A DNA stretch of 64,000 bases from Bugula neritina. Its lineage: Eukaryota; Animalia; Bryozoa. Both the position numbers and the translations under genes were made by a program. Below, piece by piece: positions 1 to 12,234 of this stretch. Every line of letters starts with the position of its first letter. Position 1 is the first letter of the stretch. The stretch covers positions 31,858,773-31,922,772 of the forward strand of contig OZ037766.1 of NCBI GenBank assembly GCA_964035545.1. Reading direction: 5' to 3'. The notes beneath the pieces are model-generated. The model saw only the letters and a program-made list of their open reading frames with translations. It was not told the DNA's origin and ran no database searches.

Positions 1-590
1 TCATTTTAATTGTCTTCTATAAACAATAATCCATATAAAACTTATATGCTTCTTTTTCATTTAAAATAATGTGCTTTTCATGCACATATTCTTTTATTTT
101 GTACAACACAAAACTCAACACAACAAACTGTCTAAAAAGTGTAAAATATTTGAAAGTCAAATCCTAATTTGTTTTTATGTGTTTATTTTTTGCATAGCTA
201 TAGAGAGCTTGAAAATCAATCAAAGGAATATAGCGTGCACACGTGCTTTGCAGATTATAACTTACAGTATCAAAATAATATGATGAAATTAATAAATAGT
301 TAAGTTTTGCAAAAGTATCTGTATATTTTACAACAGTTGAAAGAGTTACTTTTTTTGCAATATGGGTTTATTTAATTATAACAAAATACATCATGCACGA
401 TATACATTTTCTATTAAATTTTCCAACCTCCTCCTACATGTATGTTTGATGTATAGTCTAGTTGAGAGATGATGAAAGGTCTAAATGTTTACTATTGGTG
501 TAAGTTAGTTATACTTCATTTGTAAAGAGTATATATCTAAGCCTATCACAAGATGAGTATACATTACAGCAATATATTAGAATAGTTGGG

Positions 591-597
591 TATAAAA
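591..597 (+). promoter_or_regulatory. TATA box of lectin copy 1 (equivalents at 6010 and 21795; mutated to TATGAAAA at 15339 in copy 3)
   Basis: gggTATAAAAag lies about 118 bp upstream of the ATG, with an Inr-like TCA about 25-30 bp downstream; the position is conserved in all units. Confidence 0.6.
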
Positions 598-708
598 AGA
601 AAGTGCTATGACAATTCATCACATTGAAATCAAAAAGACTCAATCAGTAACACTATAAAATAATAGTCATTGAAAGCAGATAGATAGTCTATCCTGTATG
701 ATATCAAC

Positions 709-1732
709 ATGCATAGAGAGATATTTGCTCTGATTTGTGTAGTTTCGGCAGCATATTTTGCTGGAGCAAGCTCAGCAGCATGTAATGGTGAGTAATATTT
801 CATTGCAATGCTAAAGTAACTAAGAAAAAAACAAATTTTGTATTTTCACAACTCGTTTGAGTAGTTCAAGGAAGAGGATTGGTAACACAAATTATCTATA
901 TAAAATTGTTGTTATACATGTGTACAAATTAATCTGTGTTTCATTTTATGCAATATACTGTGTATTCCCCAAAGATAATATTTTAGCTCTATTTCCAGAT
1001 GCCTTGTCATGTCCGAGAGGTTATCTATACAACCCTCACTCTTTGTCATGCTTCAAAATCAGCACTCAGAAGAAAAACTGGGACGATGCGAAAGCTGCCT
1101 GTCAGAGTGTTGGAGACAGACTGGCTGTGTTTGATAGTCTGGAATCTATTTCTTGGGCCAAACACATGAGGAAAACTCATCAAGGTGATGTGAAACATGC
1201 AAAACATGAACGTTTAGTTTTTATTTTGTTTTGTTGGATTATAAGAGTATAATTGAATTTGAGCAACTTGCGAGTGCAATTTTCGTTGTTCATAAGTTAT
1301 TAAAAATATAATGTAGTATTGTTAAAAATTATTTTAGGGGAGTAGGAGATTTTGTCTAACTCATTTTAAATAAACCAAATTTTTCCCAAAATACATGTGT
1401 GCAGTATATAGGCATATTATTTAAATTATATCACAACAGCCTATTATGTGGTTTGTAAGTCTTAATCATTTAACACTACTTCTACAGACTGGATTCCATA
1501 CCTTGATAATTACTTGTGGATTGGTGGTAGAGACTTTCACGGCCGATGGCAATGGGATGGTAACGTTAGGAAAGATATAGTGGTTGCTGATTGGTATGGA
1601 GATGAACCTAACAACTATAAAGGAGCTATTCAAGATTGTCTTGGCTTGTTTAGCAAGAATGGAGAACTGCAATGGGATGATGTAACATGCTCAAATGCTG
1701 CGTATTTTATATGTGAGAAATCTTTGAGATAA
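709..1732 (+). CDS. Secreted single-domain C-type lectin copy 1, EPN (mannose-type) motif, 169 aa; exons 709-787, 999-1184, 1488-1732
   Basis: Signal peptide MHREIFALICVVSAAYFAGASSA; two phase-1 GT-AG introns give an open frame; CTLD hallmarks CP..C, WDDAKAAC, WIGG, EPN, DC, WDD..C, FICE. Confidence 0.95.
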
Positions 1733-2814
1733 ACTGTTAGTAAACCACCATGTTATAAATAAGCAATTTCTACAAGCTTTGTGTTAAAGACAATAGTTAT
1801 TGCTAATATAAGAATACTCTGTATACAAATGAAGTTCTTTCATTTTCATTCAACCTGATCTTTTGATGTCTCGAGATATTAAAATATGACTATAGTTGTG
1901 TTTCCGGTGTTTCTAAAAACTTTTACAGAAGAAACACAAAAGAGCATGACAAAAATGTATTATTAACTCACGTGGCCTAAATGGTATAAAGTCGTTATCA
2001 GTGACGATTTTTGCTAATTTGAGAATATTTTGGATATATAATATACGGGTATTAAGCTTAGTAGAAATCAATGTCTTAGATTTGCCAACCAATTATTGTG
2101 TGATCCTAATTAAAGTTTACTAGAGCTGGGCATGTTAAGAGTGGTAATAATTTTAATACATCAGGCTGTAGGAATAGCAGAAACTGTGTACACCTTGAAA
2201 TGGATGAGTTTTACTAATAAACTGTAAAGAAGTTATTGTAGGCTTATAGACATTATATCTGGACCATTATAATGCAATTTTTCAAAGTAATTATCTTAGC
2301 CGTTGCCCTTAATATGTCATCATAATAATTCTAATTTATAAATATTATAGCAGCTAATGAGAATTATTCCACATTTGTACAATAACTATATACAGCTGGC
2401 TGAAGTATATAGCCTACAGCGGAAAAACTGACATTTAAAACTAAATTATTTGCACTAGTTAAAAGTTTTTTTGCAAAAAGCGCCGAAATCATTAGAACAT
2501 GTTAATTAATATGAAGAATAACAGACAGACAAAAGACTATATATTGCTACAAGCATTAGTATTCTTCTTGTTTGGTGCCTTTTGTCTTTTATTCTTCATA
2601 TTACAGTACATTCATCAATAATGTCAAAACACAAGATTTTATCACTATACAATAAATATTTAGATTAATGAGTGTTTAGAATAATTGTACTGGACAACAT
2701 ATTATGGAAACACTTATTACTGTTATATATCTATATATCACTTATTACTGTATCTATAAATGTAGTACTAGGCCTGTATCAGACTATGAATACGACACAC
2801 TCTGTGTGCAGGTG

Positions 2815-3250
2815 TATGCCTGGGCAGTGACATATGGAGGACAGGCTGTTGCCGATGTAATTTGTCTCCCTTCTTCACGCTGCTGCCACGCTAACGAATC
2901 ATAAGGAACAATGAGGCTGTTACAGTTTAATGCCAACATCTTTGCAGAAACTACCAGTGCATAGTGATAAACATGGACGAACTGCTTTATGGGCTCTAAC
3001 GCAAGATTTTTCCTCAGGTTCGCCCGTCAAGCCTTTTCCATGGTCGGGTGTTTTAGCAAAGCAGAGGGGGTTTAGAATCACAATTTTTTCTCCTAAATGA
3101 GCTGTCTTCCCAGACTAATAATTCCCACCAGCCCAAAATACTGGTTATAAGGTGCCTGTGACTCCCCTTTATCTTTTCACCGATATCTATGCAGGCTACG
3201 AGTTGGACTTGGTTGAAATTGACCATCTAAACACCTACAAAAGCTCCATC
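2815..3250 (-). mobile_element. Decayed retrotransposon 5'-UTR-like remnant (RTE-clade-like), one per unit (also about 10905-11350, 18065-18500, 24065-24500)
   Basis: GC-richer island; the minus strand of the unit-2 copy reads ...ggcagatggggctcattag..ggaagacagctcatttaggaga...ggcaacagcctgtcctccatat..cccaggc, which I recall as resembling RTE/BovB-type 5' UTRs. This is recognition from memory, not a search. Confidence 0.4.
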
Positions 3251-6129
3251 AGATGAGACTTACTATTTCTTACTTACTTATTCTGTATCTTACAGTTAGA
3301 CTGTATTTACAATATTTTTACTAAAATATCAAAATGCTCGTGATTTGAAACTTAAAAATTATATACTAATCGTAATTGTGCTGTTACCAGCAATAAGCAT
3401 ACTCAATCTTGCATATAGATATATAACTATTTGCTCAAATGTTTCTATAAGGCTAAAACCAATAAAACTACTAAACAAATTTCTCAGTAGCTACTACTTC
3501 TTAGAAATTTTCTAAATTCCCAAAAAACAAAAGTGACTTGAGTACAATAATGCAAACTGAGTGAGAACATGAACTGATGTTATCTTCATCCTTGTCTTTT
3601 TAAGAAATCACGTTTGACAAAGCAAAAAAACCAGGTTACAAGGAACTGAAAGCTAAAATATCTCGTGCTTAACTTTTTGCAGAAACTGAGCTATATATAA
3701 GCTGGTCTGTATTTATAAGACAATACTCAATCAGTGCTGTTAATAGAGTTAAATGCCAACTAATTCATATAATGATTCCTTTGTTACAAAAGAATTTATC
3801 TTTATTAGTTGCTTATTCAAAAGAATAAAAGAATAAGCAAAGTAAATTCTTTTATTGCAAAAGAATTTACTTTGCTTATCATCAGTCAATAACATTCTCA
3901 TGAACTATCTCTAAATTGAGCAACTAAATTTTTCACACTGAATAAACAGCAGACGTCAAAGTCTGGTAAGAAGAAATCCTGCTGATGTTATCTATTTAAT
4001 TGTATGTTACATTACTTTTCAAATCCTATAAACTATCGATTATAAAATACAACAAAAAGACGTTCTAACACGTGTACCTATCATAAAAGCTATACTATAG
4101 TGCATGTTCTTGCAAACATACTTACTCTTGTGCTACTCAGAACACTATTTCACACCTACGTATGAACTCGTAGCTGAAGTGGGATGCAATAAGACTGTAG
4201 CTTGGAGCTAACTGTCTCGGCCAGCAACTCAACTTTACTCACATTTACTTGTACATATGCATATATGCATGCAATTCTTATGTAATATAGTGTCATGGCC
4301 CTTGAACCTATTCTGCAGTTCTTTTCTCAAAACAAATAGAGTGAAAGGTATTTCTTTAGAATGAAACTATTTATTAGAAGAGTAGAACAAAGCTGCATGA
4401 GTTTAACAACAATATACAACATGACAGCTACAAACAGCTACAAGCTTTAATAATATGAAAGCTATAGTTGACAGAAGGCTGATTGCATCAACAAAAGCAT
4501 TATAGAACCTAATTGGGATCTATATTTATTCTAATAGAAATTACTTTTGTACACTCTTTTATTCTTTTAAATAGGGAACAAGGCCTATCTCTTTTCTCAC
4601 AGCATTACATTTTTGTTGTGTTGGTTGTACAATTACTATGATTTCTGGGATATATGGTTTTGTTTATATTTGTTGGTTGACTTGTGGTGAAAATGTGCTA
4701 AAAATATATGCAGGTGTCAATAAGAAATTAATTCATAGTTTATTTTCAACTTAAAAAAATTGTATTCAACAAATACTGTTGCAGATGATGAATTAAACTG
4801 CAAATTCACCAAATAGAAGTTACCACATTGAAGACCCAGTTTGTAGTACAAGTGGTATAGAATACTTTATAGTGTAAATTTGAGTACAACATTATTATTT
4901 ACTTGTGTTTATATTTCAGTTACTGCTGTTATTATTGTATAGTGTTGCTGTTCATTTATAATATTGAAATTGAATAATAATAATATTGAACTTTATAATA
5001 ATTGAAGATTTGAACCTAGCAGAATTGTGCAAATTATTTTGATGGGAAACTTTTTTATATTTACAAGAAGGCCACAGCTACAAGACACTGGAACATAAAT
5101 AGAGTTATTTGTCACTTTGTAAATATATATTAAACATTGAAGAGAACTAATGGTGTAGCACTTCAAACTAATATTGCTCATTTGCAACAGTGGAAGGGAT
5201 TTATCTTGACTAAATCGCTAAACACATATAAAATGTAAAAACAACATAAATTGTCCAAAACTCAAACTTTCAGCCTAGATCTGAGACAGCACAATTCGCT
5301 TTACTCTATGTTTGAAAGAGTTGTCTTTCTTATGCTACTTTATATTTGAAAGAGTTGTTTCCCTCGTGTTACACTATATTATTTGAAGAAGTAAAGCACC
5401 TTTGACCAAATGTTCATTTTAATTGTCTTCTATAAACAATAATCCATATACAATCGTATATGCTTCTTTTTCGTTTAAAATAATGTGCTTTTTATGCACA
5501 TAATATTCTTTTCTTTTGTGAAACACAAAACTCAACGCAACAAACTGTCTAAAAAGTGTAAAATATTTAAAAGTTAAATCATAATTTGTTTTTATGTGTT
5601 TATTTTTTGCATAGCTATAGAGAGCTTGAAAATCAATCAAAGGAATATGGCATGCACACCTGCTTTGCAGATTATGACTTACAGTATCAAAATTAATATG
5701 ATGAAATAAATAAATGGTTAAGCTTTGCAGAAGTATAATCTGTATATTTTACAACAGTTGAAAAAATTACTTTTTGCAATATGGGTATATTTAATTATAA
5801 CAAAATACATCATGCAAGATATACATTTTCTATTAAATTTTCCAACCTCCTCCTACATGTATGTTTGATGTATAGTCTAGTTGAGAGATGATGAGAGGTC
5901 TAAATGTTTACTATTGGTGTAAGTTAGTTATACTTCATTTGTAAAGAGTATATATCTAAGCCTATCACAAGATGAGTATACATTACAACAATATATTAAA
6001 ATAGTTGGGTATAAAAAGAAAGTGCTATGACAATTCATCGCATTGAAATCAAAAAGACTCAATCAGTAACACTATAAAATAATAGTCATTGAAAGCAGAT
6101 ATAAATAGTCTATCCTGTATGATATCAAC

Positions 6130-7154
6130 ATGAATAGAGAGACATTTGCTCTGATTTGTGTAGTTTCGGCAGCATATTTTGCTGGAGCAAGCTCAACAGC
6201 ATGTAATGGTATGAGTAATAGTCTATTGCCATGTTAAAGTAACTGAAATAAAGTCAATTTTGTATTTTCACAACTCGTTGGAGTAGTTTAAGGAAAAGGA
6301 TTGGTAACACAAAATTACTATATAAAATTTTTGTTATGCATGTGTACAAATTTATCTGTGTTTTATTTTATGCAATACTGTGTTTTCCCCAAAGATAATA
6401 TTTTAGCTCTATTTCCAGATGCCTTGTCATGTCCGAGGGGTTATCTATACAACCCTCACTCTATGTCATGTTTCAAAATCAGCACTCAGAAGAAAAATTG
6501 GGATGATGCAAAAGCTGCCTGTCAGAGTGTTGGAGACAGACTGGCTGTGTTTGATAGTCTGGAATCTATTTCTTGGGTTAAACACATGAGGAAAACTCAT
6601 CAAGGTGATGTAAAATATGCAAAACAGGAAGGTTTAGTTTTTATTTTATTTTGTTGGATATAAGAGTATAATTGAATTTGGACAACTTGCAAATGCAATT
6701 TTCATTGTTAATAAGTTATTAAAAGTTATAATGTAGTATTGTCTAAACTTACTTTAGGAAAGTAGGAGACTTTGACAAATTCTTTTTAAATAAACCAGAT
6801 CTTTCCCAAGATACATGTGTGCAGTATATTATATATGCATATTATTTAAGTTATATCACAGCAACCTATTATGTGAATTATAAATCTTAATCATTTAAAA
6901 TTAATTCTACAGACTGGATTCCACACATTGATAATTACTTATGGATTGGTGGCCAAGAGTTTGATGGCCGATGGCAATGGGATGGTAACGTTAGAAAGGA
7001 CATAGTGGTGGCTGATTGGCATAAATATCAACCTGACAACAATGGTGGCCCTCAAGATTGTCTTGGCTTGTTTTACAGGCGTTACAAACTGCAATGGGAT
7101 GATGGAGGATGCTCACATGCTAGGTATTTTATATGTGAGAAATCTTTGAGATAA
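6130..7154 (+). CDS. Secreted C-type lectin copy 2, QPD (galactose-type) motif, 168 aa; exons 6130-6208, 6419-6604, 6913-7154
   Basis: Same exon structure with an open frame; exon 3 encodes WIGGQEFDG...WHKYQPDNNGGPQDCLGLFYRRYKLQWDDGGCSHARYFICEKSLR. Confidence 0.95.
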
Positions 7155-7251
7155 ACTGTTAGTAAACCACCATGTTATAAATAAGTAATTTATACAAACT
7201 TTGTGTTGAAGACAATAATTATTGCTAATATAAGAATATTCTGTACACAAA

Positions 7252-8670
7252 ATACACAAAATTTTGTCGGTTTCTCAATTTGGCTTCCAACAGAAGAAGG
7301 GTGCACAAGACGCACTGTTTAAGTTTTCAGACCAATCTTTCAAAGCACTTAATGACTCATTAGTAATATTGGGTATTTTCATTGATTTCTCAAAAGCATT
7401 CGATACAATCAACCACAATATTTTGCTAAAGAAACTACGAGATTACAATTTTGATTCTCACTCCATAAGTTTATTCCAAAACTACTTGACTAATCGAACA
7501 CAGCATGTTATAATAGAGAACAGTATATCCAATTCCTTGCATATCACCTGTGGAGTTCCCCAGGGCTCTATCCTGGGCCCTGTGCTCTTTCTGCTGTACA
7601 TAAATGATTTAGCTACCCATTGTCCTTTATTTGATACTATCCTGTTTGCCGACGACACAAATCTTTTTTGGAAGAGCAAAGATTTAAATGCTGATATTGG
7701 AAATATAAACTCCTCACTAAATAAAGTTAATAACTGGTGCATTGCAAACAAACTAACTCTAAACTTAACGAAAACAAACTATATCATTGTTAAAAACTAC
7801 CAAAAGAATTTTGTACTTAACAGTACCATCCATATTGACAATATACCTCTCTCACCTAGCTCAGAAATAAAATTTTTAGGTGTAGTCATTGACATTAACT
7901 TAAACTGATGTGCTCATATAAATTCTTCAAGGACTCAGCTCAACAAAGTAACTGGTATGATATACTTAGCTTCAAAGTTTTTACCATACAAAGCTTTGAT
8001 TTTATTATATAACAGTCTGATAAACAGCAAACTTACATATTGCTTAGAAGCCTGGGGAAATGCCCCTAAAACCCATCTGAACAAGTTGCTTTTAATTTAA
8101 AAACGCATTATTCGCATTATTTTCCACAAATCACCTACTGAACACACATCACCTCTATTTATCAAAGCAGAAATTCTTCCTATTGATCTCTTGTATATCT
8201 ACCGCCTATGTCTTCTTGGTCATTCAGCTTATTATACTCCATCTCACACCAAACAACCACCAACTTACCTCACCAGACATTCTGAACTTTCCTTACCCTT
8301 ACCTCTCTCTACCTCCGCAGCAGGTCATTGTCAAGTGTCCTACCAGATGTCTAGCAATTGGAATAAGCTACCTCTGACTTTAAGACATCATCAAAGCTTT
8401 GCCACATTTAAAATATTGTTGAAAAAGCACCTACTAAAATCTTTAACTTAATCTGAATAAATAGTTCTCACTATTTTTTCAACTGCCACTTGGGCCCCGT
8501 TCCTTGAATAGCTATGCTACTGAGCACATGGGCCCCCATCTTGACTTCGATTGATATTATATATAAATTGAATTTAGCTCTTTTTGTGTTACTGATGTAT
8601 ATTTGTATTTTTTTGTCCTTTTGTTTTTTTTTTGATGGAAATAAAGAAAACAAACAAACAAACAAACAAA
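7252..8670 (+). mobile_element. 5'-truncated non-LTR retrotransposon (CR1/L2-group LINE), RT pseudogene inserted in the 3' flank of lectin copy 2
   Basis: RT motifs QFGF, FIDFSKAFD, GVPQGSILGP, FADDT, KFLGV. A single frame 7252-8451 is interrupted by two stops (TGA 7906, TAA 8098). The 3' end is AATAAA plus a (CAAA)n tail. The other three units have the empty site. Confidence 0.92.
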
Positions 8671-9261
8671 CAAATAAAGTTCTTTCATTCTCATTCAATC
8701 TGATCTTTTGATGACTAGAGAAATTAAAATATGACTATTATAATTGTGTTTCCATTGTTTTTAAAAACTTTTACAGAAGAGACACAAAAGAGCATGACAA
8801 AAAATGTATTATTAACTCACGTGGCCTAAGTGGTATATATTCGTTACCAGTGAAGATTTTTGCAAATTTGAGAATATTTTAGATATATAATATGAGTATG
8901 AAGCTTAGTAGAAATCAATGTCTTAGATTTGCCAGCCAATTATTGTGTGATCCTAATTAAAGTTTACTAGAGCTGGGCATGTTGAGAGTGGTCATAATTT
9001 TAATACATCAGGCTGTAGGAATAGCAGAAATTGTATACGCCTGGAAATGGATGACTCTTATTAATAAACCGTAAAGAAGTTATTGTAGGCGTATAGACAT
9101 TATATTTTGACTGTTATCTTGCAACTTTTCAAAGTATTTATCTTTTAAAAACATTAGCTACAGTCGTTGCCCTTAGTTTGACAGCATAATAATTCTAATT
9201 TATAAATATTATAGCAGCTAATGAAACTTTTTCTACATTTGTGCATTGAATTGTGGTTTTA

Positions 9262-10205
9262 TTTAATAAACAAAATTATTCCATACCACTAAAACTATAC
9301 CAATAAGCTCTGCACTACTCAACTTTCACACACTTTTCACTAATCTATGTTGTTTTTATATCCAGATATCTATATTTTGTCAACTTTAATTTATTTTTTA
9401 TGCAAAGAAATCAGTATAACTTTTGACTCATGTAATATATAAAATAAGATTATCTCCCTCATATTAAATAATTTGAAATAACTGCCACTATCTATTATAC
9501 TTTGTGTCATGCATAGTGTTTAACGTAACGTAATAACTTTTGAATTTCTATCATTCATTGTTACTCTGAAGATGGGCACCACTGTGCCCATCTTCAGAGT
9601 AGCAATGAATGGTCGAAATTCAAAAATTATCACGCTACGTTAACCACTATGCATGACACAAAGAATAGAGAGTGGCAGTTATTGTAAATTATTGAAACTA
9701 AGGGAGATAATCTTATTTATGTTACGAAAGTCAAAAATTTACTGATTTGTTTTTTTGCATAAAAATAAATTAGAGTTGACAAAAAAAAAATAGATATCCA
9801 AATATAAAAACAGCATGGACTAGTGAAACTATGTGAGAGTTGAGTAGTGTGGAGCTACTGATATAGTTTTAGTGGTATGGAGTAATTTTGTTTATTAAGT
9901 TGCCGTTTTATTTGTTTAATGTAGAGAGCTTCGGCTACTTTTCGATAGGGGATTCCTTTAAATGAATGATTTCGAACTATTACATTGTCTATTGATATGT
10001 TTCCATGGTTAGAGATGGAGATGTGTTGATAGATTTTGGAATTGATGTCATGGCAGTGTTCATGTATCCTGTGTGATAGGCGACGTCCGGTTTTGCCTAC
10101 ATATGTTTGTTGACATGAAGTTTCAGGGCAGGTTATTTTGTACACTAGGTTGTGAATGTGTTCTTTATTGGTTTTATCTTTGAGATTAAAATGCAAACTT
10201 AAGGG
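9262..10205 (-). mobile_element. Penelope-like element 3' fragment: GIY-YIG endonuclease (9855-10196) with an inverted duplication of its 3' end (9262-9899)
   Basis: ORF NLVYKITCPETSCQQTYVGKTGRRLSHRIHEH...RKVAEALYIK...LNKQ matches the PLE-type GIY-YIG with the CxxxC insert. The roughly 320 bp inverted arms are centred at 9581. Present only in unit 2. Confidence 0.85.
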
Positions 10206-10207
10206 GG

Positions 10208-10208
<1 letters not shown>

Positions 10209-10280
<72 letters not shown>
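10209..10280. repeat. (TA)n microsatellite (others at about 23262-23327, 28003-28039 and 32653-32748)
   Basis: Directly visible dinucleotide runs. Confidence 0.95.
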
Positions 10281-10547
10281 CTTATATTATATATAATCTT
10301 ATATATAATCTTATATATAATTGATTCAGTATCACTGGAACAATGTATGTTAATTTTGCTGAGACTAATGGTTGGTGTACCATCAACACTGCATCCTATG
10401 TACAGTACACTCACCAATAATGTCAAAACACAAGATTTTGTCACTACAATAAATATTTAGATTAGTGAGTGTTTAGAATATACTAGACACTGTATTGTGG
10501 AAACATGTCTTATTACTGTTATATAATAGTTTTTATTTATAAATACA

Positions 10548-10912
10548 GTAGGCCTGTATCAGACTATGAATATGACACACCCTGTGTGCAGGTGTATGCC
10601 TGGGGTGTAGTAGGCCTGTGTCAGACTATGAACATGACACACCCTGTGTGCAGGTGTATGCCTGGGGTGTAGTAGGCCTGTGTCAGACTATGAATATGAC
10701 ACACTCTGTGTGCAGGTGTATGCCTGGGGTGTAGTGGGCCTGTGTCAGATTAAGAACATGACACACCCTGTGTGCAGGTGTATGCCTGGGGTGTAGTAGG
10801 CCTGTGTCATACTATGAATGATACACTCTGTGTGCAGGTGTATGTCTGGGGTGTAGTAGGCCTGTGTCAGACTGTGAACATGACACACCCTGTGTGCAGG
10901 TGTATGCCTGGG
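10548..10912. repeat. 62-bp minisatellite, 6 copies
   Basis: Unit gtaggcctgtgtcagactatgaacatgacacaccctgtgtgcaggtgtatgcctggggtgta. Confidence 0.95.
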
Positions 10913-11465
10913 TAGTGATATATGGAGGACAGGCTGTTGCCGATGTAATTTCTCTCCCTTCTCCACGCTGCTGCCGCTGACGAATCCTAAGGAACAATGA
11001 GGCTGCTACAGTTTAATGCCAACATCTTTGCAGAAGCTAACAGAGCAAAGTGGTAAACAATGACGAACTGCTTTATGGGCTCCAACTCCAGATTTGTCCT
11101 GGAGGGAGGGAGGTTCATTTTTCAAGCTTTTCCTTTAGTTGGATATTGCAGCAAGACAGCGGAGGTTTAGGATCAAAGTTTTTTTTCTCCTAAATGAGCT
11201 GTCTTCCAAAACTAATGAGCCCCATCTGCCTAAACCACTGGTTATAAGGTGACAGTAACTCGCCTTTGTCCCTTCTCCTATATTTATGCCACATGAGCAG
11301 GCTAGGAGTTGGACTTGGTTGAAATTGACTATCTCAAGTCCTACAAAAGTCCCATCAGATAAGACTTACTAATCGTGTATCCTACAGTTAGACTGTCTTT
11401 ACAATTTCTCTACTGAAACAACTACATTGATGGTGTGTTAGTTTATCAAAATGCTTGTGATTTAA

Positions 11466-12234
11466 AGGATTGCTCTATCTTGTCTAATAAATGGCCATTT
11501 AAGTCAAACACACATAATATTGTGTTTTTCTAAGCATGCATTGACAAAAAGTATTTGACCAAAAGTAGAAAAAGTTAGTTGAAGTTGAGGGTGTAGATTG
11601 GTAACAGCCAAAACGCCGATTTTGAAATGAGCTGGGAAATGTGACGTAACAGCGCCAGCATTCCTGCTGGTCACGTGACTATACAAATGAATAACTATAG
11701 AAATATGACTGTGAGATGTGATCTTTCAGGTCGTAAATTGTATATTTATAGAAGAGCAAATGTGAATTATCTCAATCTATAGTTTTTTGACATTTTAAAT
11801 AACATGTATGTAATAACATTAGGCCATATTTTGCTTGTAACCATTAGAAAAAAGCATTGCAAAAACATGCGTTCTTTAGGATGAATGCCTGCGATCGATC
11901 TAAACTAGGTCAGATTGTGCAATATTACGGGCACACCAAAGCTGACCTATATAGCGCACTGTAACTGCTTGAACGTTATTGGTTGATATTGTGCTCAGCA
12001 ACCTTGAATACTAGCGTTATAGTTAGCACGTGCAGCATAGTTACTGGCGTTCACACGTCACGTTTTAGGCTATTCTTTTTCATGGCTGAAAATTTTACCG
12101 CCCTCAAAATTGGAATTTTGAAAAGCTGTTTTCTAGGCACATATCCCTTTGCAAAGTCACAATTGTTTGCATACACATTAAATTATAGTTCATAATTATA
12201 ATGTGATTGTAATAAACTAAGATTGAGCAATCCT
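11466..12234. mobile_element. Non-autonomous DNA transposon (Kolobok-like MITE), 769 bp, TTAA target duplication
   Basis: Termini AGGATTGCTCTATCTT...AAGATTGAGCAATCCT form a 16 bp TIR with one mismatch. TTAA lies on both sides (11462-65, 12235-38). The other units show the empty site. A TTAA TSD with purine-purine termini fits Kolobok rather than piggyBac (CC termini). Confidence 0.8.

Noticed and set aside
71-283. ORF repeated in each unit (71, 14820, 21276; antisense at 5419 and 14709), and 13489/25752
   Set aside because: Recurrence reflects the segmental duplication; starts, stops and frames are not conserved and there are no protein motifs.
857-1252. ORF-track lectin fragments with long N-terminal extensions (857, 6301, 15631, 22084) looking like truncated pseudogenes
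   Set aside because: They are exon 2 plus intron read-through; splicing gives four complete genes.
6913-8451. Hypervariable C-type lectin exon directly next to a reverse transcriptase, suggesting a diversity-generating retroelement
   Set aside because: The RT is a 5'-truncated, stop-containing non-LTR (CR1/L2-type) enzyme with a simple-repeat tail, present in one unit only. There is no template repeat in the window, the lectin genes have introns, and the differences include an indel and shared blocks better explained by recombination.
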